Below are positions 1 through 13,018 of a DNA stretch of 124,000 nt, piece by piece. Every line of letters begins with the position of its first letter. The first letter of the stretch is position 1. Origin of the DNA: Octopus vulgaris (taxonomy: Eukaryota). Position numbers and translations under genes: made by a program. The stretch lies in the NCBI GenBank assembly GCA_951406725.2, contig OX597822.1:43420001-43544000 (forward strand), in the 5' to 3' direction. Under the pieces are notes generated by a model. The model did no database searches. It had not been told where the DNA came from and saw only the letters and a program-made list of their open reading frames with translations.

Positions 1-620
1 GCGGTCGTCGGCATCTTCACCATCTCATCCGGCAGCTTATTCCATGGATCCGCAACCCGGACGGAGAAAGCCCCTCTCCTTCGATTGAGATGAAATCGTC
101 GCAGATAGAGCTTTTCGGAATGACCCCGCAGCCGACGCTCTGGAGCAGGAGTGAAGAACAGCTCCTTCGAGAGGTTACACTTTCCGCTTATGATGTTGTG
201 AGCAAGAATGAGATCACCACAGCGAGAATAAAGGTCGAGCGTCTTCAGCCTTTCTTCATAAGACAAATTCTTGAGACCAAGAACCATGCGGGTAGCCAGC
301 TTCTGGACTCTTTCGAGATGCTGTATGTCTTTGAGGAGATAAGGAGAAGAGGCTTGAATCCCGTACTCCAATATGGGTCTCACCAGCGTGACATAGAGCG
401 GTAGGAATATGGCTGCTGTGAGCATTCCGAATGATCGTCGAATCAAGAACAGAACTCCGCGTGGTTTGTTGGCAGCATGGACGCACTGGGCCGAAGGCGA
501 AAAGGTGGAATCCACCAAGATACCCAGGTCCTTTACCTGATCGGTCCTCAGGCGACAAACATGACGCCCATAGTTGGATACTCTCCATAGCGCTAGAGAG
601 AACGGCTTGTTTATAGCGCA
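1..620 (-). mobile_element. CR1/L2-group LINE, 3' part of ORF2 (decayed)
   Basis: Minus strand translates as ...LYVTLVRPILEYGIQASSPYLLKDIQHLERVQKLATRM...RRRLRGDLI...RGHSEKL...FSVRVADPWNKLP, the typical C-terminus of CR1/L2-like RT ORFs. Confidence 0.85.
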
Positions 621-799
621 TAGTTATACTCACCGGCATGTTCTGCGTACTTTTTCATTCGGTTTTATAACCAAAAATGTATTAGCAGGCTTCCCAAAAG
701 ATATTGTTTGACATATTAGCCAAAAAATATGACATTCAAGGGAAGATGGGAAAAAATTGTAAATTTGTTTCATGCAATGTAATACACGTATAGATAAAG

Positions 800-814
800 A
801 CACATACACATACG

Positions 815-881
<67 letters not shown>

Positions 882-995
882 ACACAAGCAGTGGCACACG
901 CTTACGCAAACATTCGCGAGATGAAATGAAAACACGAACTACTTACAGAAAAACCGAATCGATAAAAGTGCATGTATATATACATATATACATAT

Positions 996-1078
<83 letters not shown>

Positions 1079-1278
1079 CATATATAATAGAGATATAATA
1101 TATATATATATATATACATGTATTTATACATATATATATATAATATATATAAATAGATAGAAAGATACTATAAGTATGTATATGCTGACACAAATATATA
1201 ATCATAAATACATACATATTTATATATATTAAGTATACATATGTTATATATACATACTAACATACACACACACACACA

Positions 1279-1314
<36 letters not shown>

Positions 1315-1375
1315 TATATATATATATATATATATACATACATAGATATGTGGATGTATATATTTATACAATATG

Positions 1376-1410
<35 letters not shown>

Positions 1411-1576
1411 TATATATCTGTCTCTCTATATATCTAGATCTTCCTTTATGTATATAAAATCATATAATATGCCTACACATACAAACACATAATCATACTT
1501 GCATACAATGTGAGAGAACGAATGAATGGGAGTGTACGTACGAATAATGGAAAGATACATACATTAACAAGATATG

Positions 1577-1623
<47 letters not shown>

Positions 1624-1710
1624 GTGTTATGTGTGTGCGTGTGTGCGTGTGTGCGTGTGTGGATGTGTGTATGTATGTATATGTAAAGCGAAAGTGTATA
1701 CATTAAATTT
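800..1710. repeat. Compound (CA)n/(TA)n/(TATG)n microsatellite field
   Basis: Read directly from the sequence. Confidence 0.95.
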
Positions 1711-2329
1711 CTCTATTGGCTGGATGTTGTTCAATACAGAACTAATATATAACAGGCACTGACTACAAATAACCCAACACACCACAGCCGTCGCCACCAC
1801 CACCACCACCATCAGTACCACCTCCAACACCAGCAACACTATCATCACTGCTACCACCACCACCACCAACCACAACGCCTACAACAATTACTACAACCTC
1901 TAAGCACAACACCAACACATACGCACACACACACGCACACACATCACCAAAGGCATTCCTCTATGATAAACAATTGTTTTCCTATTTACATAGCTCCGTA
2001 ATGACAGGAATATCTGACAGTATCTCAAAAATCTAATAACAAAAGGACGATCAAAATAAATTTTCATATATAACGACGACAACAACAAGAGCTACAACAA
2101 CAAGAACAAGAACAACATAATCGATAAGTACAACGGCAGTATCATTATTATCGACACAATCAATAACAAGAACAAGAAGATGATATAAAGAACAAGGCAA
2201 CGCTGGGTAGAAGGGAAAACTGTTTAAAAAGGAAGAAAATAAAATTGAAGGAAAATAAAAAAAATATACAAAACGGTTTGAACGGGATATAAATTTATAC
2301 TTGCTTGTTATATGAAAAACAGTCATTTT

Positions 2330-2395
<66 letters not shown>

Positions 2396-2396
<1 letters not shown>

Positions 2397-2580
2397 CCCC
2401 CCCTTTTTTTTAAACCCCCCTTTTTTTTGTCCTCTTTCTCTCCTTTTACGATCCCTTTTGATCGAAACTCCCCTTCCTTTTTTTTTTTTTTTTTTTTTCT
2501 TTCTTAAACCTTCAAAAGAAAAGCTCTACCTTGTAATTTGTTCTATCTGTGTGCAGCCCTGTGTGGCTAATAAAGAAACA
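2396..2580 (+). mobile_element. Tx1/L1-like LINE 3' UTR fragment inside (TATC)n
   Basis: Matches the 3' end of the Tx1-like copy at 37400-37597 (...gcagccctgtgtggctaataaagaaaca). (TATC)n lies on both sides (2331-2395 and from 2581). Confidence 0.7.
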
Positions 2581-2679
<99 letters not shown>

Positions 2680-2859
2680 TCCATCTGTTTTTTCCCTATA
2701 TCTATATATCTACCTAGCCTTTTCTCTAATACATACATGCTTACACACACACGCATACACACACACACACACACACAGGGTACGATAGGTAAATTGTCGC
2801 CATATTATGTTTTTAATTTAAAGCATGCGCATTGTTTGTTTGTTTGATTTGGGCGACTA

Positions 2860-3918
2860 CACGGTATAGTAGGGTCAGTTGGGCACGTCTGTGAGAAGAA
2901 CAGTACCAAGACGCAATTCAGTCTGCCAGAAATTTGGCAACGACATGCTGTAGTGCTTGGCATTCTCGCCATAATCTCCAATACGAACATTTCTAAGTAC
3001 TTGGTTGTCAATCTAAGGACTGTGTGGACGATTTGGAATGAGTTGGATGAGTTTAATAATGATTACGATGGTACGGTAGCTCGGAAAACTCATTCTGAAT
3101 TTGTTGGTGAGATCCTGACCATGATTGAAAATGATCCCTCCAAGTCAATCGAGTCCATCGCCAGGGACATGGGAGTGTCTGAGTATCTTATCAGAAGACA
3201 TTTGGTATTCATTATACGAGATGAGAAAGGATCGATTTTTATCGCAAGCCATCAAGGACAAGAGGAAAGTCCATGTTACGAAGCTTTTGAACAAATACAA
3301 GCATCCCCTCCAACTGAACATACTTTGGTTTGTTTCAGACGAGAAACATTTCTGCCAGGATCAGATGGTGATTACACAGAAAAAGGGTTGGCTTGCCGTG
3401 TCCCCTCAGACACAATACGGAAGCCTACATCAAGTGCCTGGAGGAGGTGGTGCTGTTCTACGTCAACAAAGTGGCTCCTGAAACACCATATGTCTGACAT
3501 CTGCACCATGCCAAAAGAAAGAGAACCCAGTCATGGCTGTGAGACAATTTCTGCAACCACATCACCCTTAATATCTGGCCACCCAATTCCCCAGACTTCA
3601 GCCTACTTGATTATTATGTGAAGGGCACAGTTGAGCAAGAGACCAACAAAACTCCTTGTAATACCAAAGATGAACTGAAGGCAAGGATTATGGCAGGATT
3701 CACCAACATAAACAAGGAGACCATCCAGAAGAGTTGCAGGAGATTCTGAAGTGGTCTGGAGGCCGTGGTTGAAGCCAATGGCGATTTTGTTTAATAAAGT
3801 TACTCTTTAGTATTTCAAGATGTTTTTATATAATTTTGGTAAATATTTCTGTTAAAATGAGATGTCAGTGTTATTTTCATTTCTGCGCAATTGATAGGAC
3901 AACTTATTCACTGCAACT

Positions 3919-3922
<4 letters not shown>
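2860..3922 (+). mobile_element. Tc1/mariner (DD37D/maT-like) transposon fossil
   Basis: Frameshifted transposase: HTH-like SIESIARDMGVSEYLIRR, WFVSDEKHF, NIWPPNSPDFSLLDYYVKG...SGLEAVVEANGDFV. Ends ...caacttgTA. The 5' boundary is approximate. Confidence 0.8.
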
Positions 3923-3968
<46 letters not shown>

Positions 3969-3969
<1 letters not shown>

Positions 3970-4360
3970 TAGCAGTATCGCCCGGCGTTGCTCGGGTTTG
4001 TAAGGGAAATAACTATATAAGTATTTTTAGAGATGTAAAATATAATAGCCATCTCAATATGGTTAACCACAAAGGGGGGGTGTTACTGTAGCTTTTTAGG
4101 TTCTGAGATTTAATCATAAATTTTTAGAGTTACTTCCCTTATACATGCCAAAAATGCATTAAAAATGGGAAAAATTGATGGTATTTTTTTTTAAATCGTA
4201 GACTCATCGTAGACGCGCGCTAATACCCAGAAGGGCTCGATATGAATCATGACTATAAGATACCCGGTTTTGGTTAAACTGCACCGCAAAATATGGGAGT
4301 AGTTAGGAATCTAAATCGTAGGAGACAGACAGCACACAACCTCACTTTTATATATAAAGA
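3969..4360 (-). mobile_element. Non-autonomous Helitron
   Basis: On the minus strand it starts TC(T)TTATATATAAAAGTGAG and ends with hairpin CCCG-AGCAACGC-CGGG then CTAG. It sits in (TA)n and belongs to a family with 7 copies in the window. Confidence 0.8.
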
Positions 4361-4444
4361 AGTCATACATACATATACATACAAACATGCATACATACAC
4401 ACACACACACACACACACACATACTCACCCCCCACACACACACA

Positions 4445-4606
4445 CATATAGATAACGGGCTTCTTTCAGTCTTTGTTTACCAAATACACTCACAAGGCTT
4501 TGGTCGGCTCGAAGTTATAATGGAAAACACTTGTACAAGGTGCCACGCAGTGGCACTGAACCCGGAACCATGTGACTGGGAAGCAAGGTACCACACAGAC
4601 ACAACC
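4445..4606 (-). mobile_element. tRNA-headed SINE family B (CORE-like), 5' half
   Basis: Reverse complement of head ...ccacatggttccgggttcagtgccactgcgtggcaccttg...gaaagaagcccgt, shared with many copies. Confidence 0.75.
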
Positions 4607-4830
4607 AGTATATATATATATTTATACGTATATTTATCCGAATATTCTGCATAAATATATTCTTTTTGTGGATCAATAATGCAAACCATTGGTTTTACGC
4701 GGAAATTTCTCCACCGTTTCTAGCGTTTCACTTAACAATATTGGCAATGGGCCTTCCTGTCGGATGAAAAAAAAATACACGCACGTCAGATGAAAAATAA
4801 TGCGAGCGCACTTCTCTCTCTCTCTCTATG

Positions 4831-4924
<94 letters not shown>

Positions 4925-5129
4925 TATATATATACACACACATATATATAAATATATATATATATATACAGTTCTATATTTAAGAGATGGGGAATTATGT
5001 ATAGTATTTACCTTATTTACATTTAACGGATATATATATATATGTATATATATATATAAAATGTGACCGCGTGTGTACCGTTGGCAATTTTTTTCCTCTG
5101 TCTTCCCTTTTCTGGATCTTTCTCTGGAT

Positions 5130-5162
5130 GTTACCGACGAAGAGCTCCGCTCGAAACGTTTC
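5130..5162 (+). ncRNA. Minimal type I hammerhead motif, CCGACGA core (stem I 3' arm missing)
   Basis: CCGACGA-A-GAGC-TCC-GCTC-GAAAC-GTT. Confidence 0.5.
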
Positions 5163-5244
5163 CTTCTTTCCTGAGCGTCCAATAATACTATATTTGTTCC
5201 ACGTCCTCGCGTTGTTGTGTTTTTTTGTGATTTCATGTTTGGAT

Positions 5245-5290
<46 letters not shown>

Positions 5291-5376
5291 AATTTTATAG
5301 GAAGACAAAAGACAAAGACAGGTGTATAAACAACAAACAGGTGTATTAGTTTGACTTTCGGGAGGGTGAGAAATTG

Positions 5377-5411
5377 TTTTAAGTTTCGAGCCTAGGCTCT
5401 TCAACAGAAAG
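5377..5411 (-). ncRNA. Minimal hammerhead motif, CUGUUGA core (decayed)
   Basis: cttt-CTGTTGA-A-GAGC-CTAG-GCTC-GAAAC-TT-aaaa. Confidence 0.5.
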
Positions 5412-5695
5412 GAGAATATAAACAGAGGGGGAATATAAAAAAAAAAAAATTGGCGCTAGCTGTCAACATGTGTGTTTGTGTACATGTATTAAATTTGCGT
5501 TAAACCGTGCTAATGTGAAGGAAGGGTGTCTGTTTTAATCGAGCATTTGCGTTAGCCGATGCTAGTAGTAAATACGATGCTGGACACTTACATTATGCAA
5601 ATTAGTTGTTCCACTTTTCTGTATCTAGTGTACCTGTTGAGTATATAAGCAAATTGGCTGCTTACTTCTCTGATTTTGGTCAAATGATGCAGATG

Positions 5696-5736
5696 CCTCT
5701 GATGAGAATCCAATAAGATTCAAAATTCAATTAAGG
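5696..5736 (+). ncRNA. Decayed type I hammerhead
   Basis: cct-CTGATGA-GAATC-caataa-GATTC-AAAA(G12 to A)-TTCAATTA-agg. Confidence 0.5.
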
Positions 5737-5782
5737 GTCTTAATTAATTACTTTTCACTCTAGGGATAAACAGCTTAATTCT

Positions 5783-6175
5783 TATTTCTTTCCTGCCCAC
5801 AAGGGCCTACACACAGATGGGACAAACGGATTAAGTCGTTTATATCGACCCCAGTGCGAAACTGGTACTTATTTAATCGACCCCGAAAGGATGAAAGGCA
5901 AAGTCGACCTCGGCGGAATTTTAACTCAGAACGTAACGACAGACGAAATACCTATTTCTTTATTACCCACAAGGGGCTAAACATAGAGGGGACAAACAAG
6001 GATAGACATAGGTATTAAGTCGATTACATCGACCCCAGTGCGTAACTAGTACTTAATTTATTGACCCCGAAAGGATGAAAGGCAAAGTCGACCTCGGCGG
6101 AATTTGAACTCAGAACGTAGCGGCAGATGAAATACCGCTAAGCATTTCGTCCGGCGTGCTAACGTTCTGCCAGCC
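5783..6175 (-). mobile_element. Two tandem SINE family A copies (tRNA head plus Meta/MESC-like central domain)
   Basis: Reverse complement of ggcagaa.cgttagcacgccgggcgaaatgcttagcggtattt...gttcaaattccgccgaggtcgactttgcctttcatcctttcggggtcgat...aagtaccag. Confidence 0.85.
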
Positions 6176-7390
6176 CTTCTTATTGAAGTACTATATAGGT
6201 TAGATATATTTATATTTGTGTGTGTAAGTGTGTGATTATATATATACCTGAGCTTAACATGTTATATAATAACATTATTGAAAATGCTATACGCATCATA
6301 TAACTCTATAAATTTTATAAACAATATGAAAAACAAATATGTTTCGGTGGGGTGCTGCATACCCCGGGCTCACGTAAGAGTAAAATAAAATTTAATTCAA
6401 TAAACATATTCTCAGGCGAATTCATATTTCAACAAAATGACATCAAGAGTTATTTCCCTGCTTGTCGTTTATGCATATGCAACAAAGAAAAAAAATCATT
6501 TTAACTCACCCGTCCGCCAGCTTTGAAGATAAACAAACCAAAATAATGAGTTGGAGCAACTCACCCAATGAGCATTTCTGCCAAGTTTGGTGAAAATCCG
6601 CTCAGCCGTTTTCCAGCAATTTTGAAAACACACAGACAAAGACGAGGAACTACAGTATCCTGCTATCGCTTACGCGCGCAGTGTAATTATATAGCATTGC
6701 AGTATAAACAAATTTTTTGATGTGAATAACGTGAAATATCAATTTCCTTTCCCTATTGTAGGACTGACATGAGCTTGTCGGATTAAGGTAGATGTATTAA
6801 TTCGCAGACTTGTTTTTACCAGTTCATAATGCTTCTGCAGTGGTCCCTTAGACTCACTGCGGTCTAAGGTGACTCAAGTAGGGCTGAATTAACAGTAGGT
6901 GAGGCATCATTACCTTTCCCCTGTCTTCTGATGCGTGCAATCAAAATACATTTCAACGAATCTTTTAAAATCTCTTCTACTTCCAAAGTGTACGGAAGAT
7001 TTTTTTCAACCATTGGCTAAAGTTTTTCTCATTACATAATGTTCGTAAGCTGAACGAAGCAGACTTGAATAATTGTTTGCGTGTGGCTTCATTGTGGCTA
7101 GGATGTTGTTGCTCTCAAGATCTTAAGATCGAGATTTTGATCACCAGACTGGGCGTTGTATTGTGGTCTTCAGCAAACACATCATTTCAAGCTGGCTCAG
7201 TCCACTCTGTAGTAAATGAGTAACTCTGCGGCAGACGAAATCCTATCATCTTCCGCTGAAGGTGGGGGGGAGGCTGTGATTTCCATCACTTAATTGTCAT
7301 GGAGACTGGGTGACCGGCCATATGAGTCCTGAGACACAAGACAATAATGACCAGGGGACGATGATGAAGAAGGACGAGCCAAGTTATAGA

Positions 7391-7512
7391 CGACGGATTG
7401 ATGTAATTTGCTTTCAATTCAATATAAGACATCCCCCGAAAATAAGCCCTAATGCGCTTTGGGGATGCAAAATTAATATAAGACCGGGTCTTATTTTCGG
7501 GCAAACACGGTA
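7391..7512. mobile_element. pogo/Tigger-like transposon terminal fragment
   Basis: ...cccccgaaaataagccctaatgcgc...aattaatataagaccgggtcttattttcgggcaaacacggTA, with the internally repeated ccgaaaataag motif typical of these ends. Confidence 0.55.
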
Positions 7513-8249
7513 TACCAGTTTAGTAGGTGACGTTCTATAAAACAACTTAACTTCCGGTGCCTCGTAACTTTTCTTCGCATTTCTCTGGTTAAATGCAATA
7601 TTAAAGACTTTCAACAACACATATGCATTAAGTGTGACACACGGATTGCCTGTTTGAACTAATATTGCTTTCGTCGCTAATAACAAATTTCTTATTCAGC
7701 CTAGCGGATAAATGCGACATCAATGACCTTTCAGTCACTGCTTAGCTATATCAGCCAGTAACCAATTTTCGTTTAGTAAGCGACACCAGTAGATACTTAG
7801 GGAAGCAGAAATCCGGATTTAGCAACTCTACAACCGCCGTTTGTACCTTTTCACACTATATTGTCTTATAAGAGAACGCTTTTCTTGAGACAGATACCGC
7901 ATTTTAGAAAGCGTTGCACAGACACATACACACACAAACACACACACACACGCACACACACACACACACGCGCGCGCATACAGACATACATATGTATGTG
8001 TGTATATGAATTTGTGTTGCAAGATTCCTTATGTGAAGACGTGTGTTGAAACAGATATTGTTGTATTTCGGAACGGTCCTTTTTTTTCTTTGCCAAATAC
8101 ACACACGCACTATATATTCATTCTTCACTCGTTTATTACTGACCTTATTCTAACTCATGTCCAGTGTGCGGAAAATTTCGTCACACATCTGTGACCACCT
8201 CAGTGACACTTTCCGTTTTCGTTTGTGCTTATTCCATATATATATATAT

Positions 8250-8912
8250 GATTGATTGATTGATTGATTGATTGATTCTAGTTTCAGCTCACGAGCTGTG
8301 GCCATGCTGGGGCACCGCCATTTGGTGTTGCTACATGGTTTTACTTCACGAATGCTTTTTAGCAACTGCTATTTGGTGCATGAGAGAGTTCGATGCAGCT
8401 GCCCTCATCTGCACCTCCTGCCGTGAAGTTGGTTCATCTGGGATACCTGACAAGAAGAGATCCAGTTTCATTTTAAAGAAATCTGCATCCACCCCACGCA
8501 GGTCTCTTAGGTTCTTCGGGAGGATATTGAAGAGCTGTGGGCCTCGGAAGCCCAGGCTATCACAGTATCTTGTCCTACATCTTGATGGCAAATTTGGAGT
8601 CCTAGGCACCACGCAGTGGCGCCCAGTTCTGGCATTTGTGTAACTCTCGATGCCAAAGTTTGGGACAAGTCCCCCCAGTATCTTCCAGATGTATATCATG
8701 GCATATCTCTCTCGCCTACGCTCCAAGGAATAGAGTTTTAATCTCTTGAGTCTTTCCCAGTAGCTTATATTCTGCACAGAGGCTATCTTCTTCGTGTAGC
8801 TACGTTGGATCGCCTCAAGTTCTGTGATCAACTTGACACTGGATGGTGACCATAGCTGAGAGCAATAGTCAAAGTGGCTTAGGACAAGTGTCCTCCAGAG
8901 GACCATCATGGT
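8250..8912 (-). mobile_element. 5'-truncated CR1/L2-group LINE with intact 3' end and (ATCA)n tail
   Basis: ORF 8346-8909 (LSHFDYCSQLWSP...RLKLYSLERRRERY...GPQLFNILP...LDLFLSGIPDEP). The 3' UTR ends GGCGGTGCCCCAGCATGGCCACAGCTCGTGAGCTGAAAC plus (ATCA)n. Confidence 0.85.
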
Positions 8913-8955
8913 TTCTTGTTCTCTTGTTCTATATATATGTGTGTATGTATAGTCA

Positions 8956-9119
8956 TACGCACAGGAGTGGCTGTGTGGTAAGTAGCTTGCTTACCAACCA
9001 CATGGTTCCGGGATCAGTCCCACAGCGTGACACCTTGGGCAAGTGTCTTGTATTATAGCCTCGGGCCGACCAAAGCCTTGTGAGTGGATTTGGTAGACGG
9101 AAACTGAAAGAAGCCCGTC

Positions 9120-9122
<3 letters not shown>
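8956..9122 (+). mobile_element. SINE family B, 5' half ending in (TA)n
   Basis: gcacaggagtggctgtgtggtaagtagcttgcttaccaaccacatggttccggg...gaaagaagcccgtcg. Confidence 0.85.
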
Positions 9123-9154
<32 letters not shown>

Positions 9155-9712
9155 TATATAAAGAGACGTGACTTCGATGCTGCGGTCTGTGAGTCTTCGG
9201 TGGATTAGTTTGCCGGCCGAACCTTCCGAGTCAATATGACACCCTTCTTTGTGTAAAGGTATCATAAGTATATATTTTACAAAAAGGTATTGAATAATAC
9301 ATCAGTCTAAAGTTCAATTGTTTTAATATAATTCGACATATGGCCGTGACTGGCAGAAGAATTAGAACGACGGACAAAATATTTCCCGTCAATTCATTCG
9401 CACTTACGATCTGACCGGAGAATTCGAGAACCCAATACACTAACCAATAGACTACGCGCCATGCATTCATATATGTGTTCGATACATACATGCATACATG
9501 CATACATACATTCATACATACATACATGCATGCATATGTATATATATATATATATATATATACAACCACACACATACATAGACACACAGACACACATATA
9601 TTTCACCATATATATATGTGCGTGTGTGTGTAAACGTGTGCGGTATGTGCGTGTGTGTTTGCATACATAACGATATTGCATCGTGTGTGTGTATATAAAT
9701 ATATACATAACA

Positions 9713-9750
<38 letters not shown>

Positions 9751-9802
9751 ATACAGATACACATACACATATATATATATACATGCATACATACATATAT
9801 TC

Positions 9803-9866
<64 letters not shown>

Positions 9867-10569
9867 CACTACGTTTTAATGCTTGCCAAACTGTTTTCTA
9901 TCTGAAAGTCTAATCTTTATTAGTTATTACATAAAATATTTATAACATATTAATAGCATTTCGGCATATTTAGTGTCGTGCTGTGAAATAATAATTACTA
10001 AAGGGTTGTAACCTCATATATATATATATATATATATATATTTATTATCATTATTTCTGGTGGGGTGGAAGTGGGTGTTATAGAGTGCGGCCGACCGTTA
10101 GATGGCAGCAGCGTGATATGCTTAAAGACTTTCATTTTTCTTTCTGTTTTTCGTCAGACTTGCGTGTGATTGTCACATTTTTTTTCTAAGTACGACCAAC
10201 CGTCATTCGCGTGTGAATATGGCTTGTTGACATGCACCCAGAGTATCATGCAATTTTTTTTTTTTTTTTCGATTTTGATTTCCTTCCGATTATCTCATCA
10301 TCTACATCAGTGGTTCTCTACCAGAGTCCATACGGCCCTTAGGGGTCGACAGAAGATTTTGTTTGTTAAAAATTATATGCAAGAAATTGTTTATACTTCT
10401 ACAACCCACAAAATATTTCAACAATTTTTTTTTAATACAGTATCTAATAATATTAATTATAAGGTGGCGAGCTGGCAGAAACGTTAGCACGTCGGGCGAA
10501 ATGTTTAGCGGTATTTAGTCTGCTGCTACGTTCTGAGTTCAAATTTAATGGTATGAAATGAATATAAAA

Positions 10570-12360
10570 GTATGAATGAGGGAAACGAACGGCGCCCGCC
10601 GATCGCCAGCCTCTTTCACTATTTTCCGCTCAGCCGGCATCCGACCAAGCTCAAAGCTACACTTAAGCACACCGATAGTGCCAGGTCAGGGCGCCTTAAT
10701 CGGAAGCGGAATACATCTTCTGGGAGGGAGTTTATTACCTTGAAAAGATCCATATCTGAGTTGACCTCCACATCCACCTGCGGAAGCCATCCAGGATCTT
10801 TAATGCAGGTTATGTCTCCTCCCCTAGCAAACTTTTTAGTAAACTTTCCCACCGCCTCTTCCCTGTGGAAGAAGACCAAAAATTCTTCCTCCACATGGGT
10901 CGAGGCCATAACTTCCACCGTCGGTGTCACAAATTCCCACCGGCAGGTCTTCGGAACATTCCGGCAGTGTATTAACCGCCGGCACTGCCCCGTTTTTCTT
11001 CTTTTCTTCCCCTTTGCTACGAGAGGGTGTAGTTCATCCGCTTTAACCGGATGATCTTCCCTCCCGCAGTCTTGGGGTCCTTGGGTGGACAACCATTGTT
11101 GTCCACCTTTTTCCTTTTTTTCCCCTTTTTTTCGGGAAGGTATCCACTGCCTCCATCTCTCCCTCCGAAAGAGTCGGTGGAGGTTCTTCCATAACTAATT
11201 GTTCCAGGACCGTACCTTGGTCCTGGAGAGAGCTCTTTTTAATGTGGCCTGATTCCAGGCACAGGTGACACTTGGAGTGGGGGGCGTCCCCCAAGAATCA
11301 CCGGATACCTACAACCATTTTAAGAAAATCTGGAAACACCAGATTCTTGGCTGATTGGGTCCACAGGGTCAAAACAACTTTTGACCCCACCCAATCAGCC
11401 GCAGGCATAATTTTGACACTGAGGAGCTTGGCTCCGCAGGCACCCAGAGCCCGGCGGGTAGCGTCTTCTGTCCACTCGGGTTCTATACCGGGTGACAACC
11501 CGCAGACCCAAGCCTTTGTCAACTTCTTCCCACAATACGTGTAAAGAAACAATATATCTTCGCCCTCTAAGGGCTGACTTGCAAAATTGCGAGCTTCTCC
11601 ACGAGTGTCAAATAGCGACCACACCGTCGCATATTTGACACCCATGGAAATAAATTTTATAGTTGGTATGTATTCCGCCAACTCTCTCTATATATCAATC
11701 TTTTTGAAGTGGGTGATGGAGTACATCCGCAGCACCACCGTCCTCTCCTCAAGACTTTTTATGTCTGGGTAGGGCAATTTCTCACTCCAATACATTATCA
11801 GCTTTCTTTGCCATGTTTTTAAGTTCAAAAAAGTCAAACACAAGTTCAAAAAAGTTTGAAGAAAAAAGAAGACGGAAGAATGAAGGAAGACAATTCAAAA
11901 CACAGCAGAATTCAATAAAGCACAATTCCGGCCGACAGTACTCCTGGCTTAGGGTAATCCACTAGCAGGAACAGAACTCCATAAATTGGTACAATTGCAC
12001 GAATTTCACAACTTTTCGGTAAAATCCACAAATTTCACAATTTTTGGTACAATTCCACGAATTTCACAACTTTTTCTTAAAATCCACAAATTTCACAACT
12101 TTTGGTAAAATTCCACGAATTTCACAAATTCTTTTGGAGGTAAGACACGCCCCCAAAACAACAATTCTCACACAAAGTGAGTCACTTAGCGCGACTGCAA
12201 GCAGACAAATGTCCGCGACCCAGTGAGGATTTCTTATTTGCAAAAAGAAAAACAATATCAAATAACAAAACCCCGCTAAATCCACCCCGCAAAAGCCTAC
12301 CTTACAGTAGCGCCTTCAACGTTCTTCAATTCAAGAGCGCTGCGAAAGCAACGTCTTGAA
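10570..12360 (-). mobile_element. Tx1/L1-like LINE 5' part: 5' UTR plus decayed gag-like ORF1, no ORF2
   Basis: GC-rich broken ORFs 11298-11681, 11043-11294 and 10619-11092. They include a zinc-knuckle-like CHLCLESGHIKKS and a basic KKRGKKGKRW stretch. The clade assignment is inference. Confidence 0.55.
11980..12135. repeat. Short tandem repeats (about 20-bp subunits, aatttcacaa core) in the putative LINE 5' UTR
   Basis: Repeated aatttcacaa(c/t)ttt(t/c)...aaaat(t)ccac(g/a). Confidence 0.8.
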
Positions 12361-12621
12361 AATACCAGTGTAGCAGTAACTGACTAACGCATGTGCAGTA
12401 AGTGAGCTACTTACCACACAGCCACTCTTGCTAGTATACTTATAGTTTTTCTCTATCGGTTTCTTTCTATCCCAAGCTTATCCTTGAATTGTGCGGTCTA
12501 TTTACTCCTTAGGCAGGTTTAGGGGTTTACAAGGTATCAAGATGTGTTACTACACTGGTGGGCTTGAGCAACTTAATTCAAGAAATCAGCTCTCCAACTT
12601 CTGTACACATAAGCGTTAGTG

Positions 12622-12910
12622 AAGGCGCGTGGCTTAGTTGTTAGAGCATTCGGTTCACGATCGTAAAGCCGTGAGTTCGATTCCCGGGGGTGCATTGTGT
12701 CCTTGGGCAAAACTCTTTATTGCTCCGGTCCACTCAATTGGTAAAATGAGCCTTGTCACATTCTGTGTCACTCTGAATCTCTTTGAGAACGGCGTTAAGG
12801 ATACGCATGTCTGTGGAATACTCAGTCACTTGCAGGTCAATTTCACGAATAGGTTATTCCATTTATCGAATCAACTAGAACCTTCGTCATCGTAACCGAC
12901 CGAGTGCCAC
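12622..12910 (+). mobile_element. SINE family D (own tRNA head, tail shared with family C)
   Basis: gaaggcgcgtggcttagttgttagagc...gttcgattccc...tgtgtccttgggcaa head, then the ...aatttcacga...gtcatcgtaaccgaccgagtgc tail. Confidence 0.7.
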
Positions 12911-13018
12911 TTAGTTTTGCTATTTGACCGATAAGTGGGGCATTTCACAAGTTATAAAACCCCAGGATAAAAAAGACCCAACGTGAGTGATATCCAAATG
13001 ATTCAACTCCCTAGATGG

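Larger units (their letters stand above)
5060..5770. mobile_element. Cluster of PLE terminal-repeat fragments around (TA)n, with three hammerhead motifs
   Basis: Hammerhead-like cores at 5130, 5377 and 5696. The 5377 copy matches the terminal repeat of the PLE at 111.6 kb. Confidence 0.6.
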
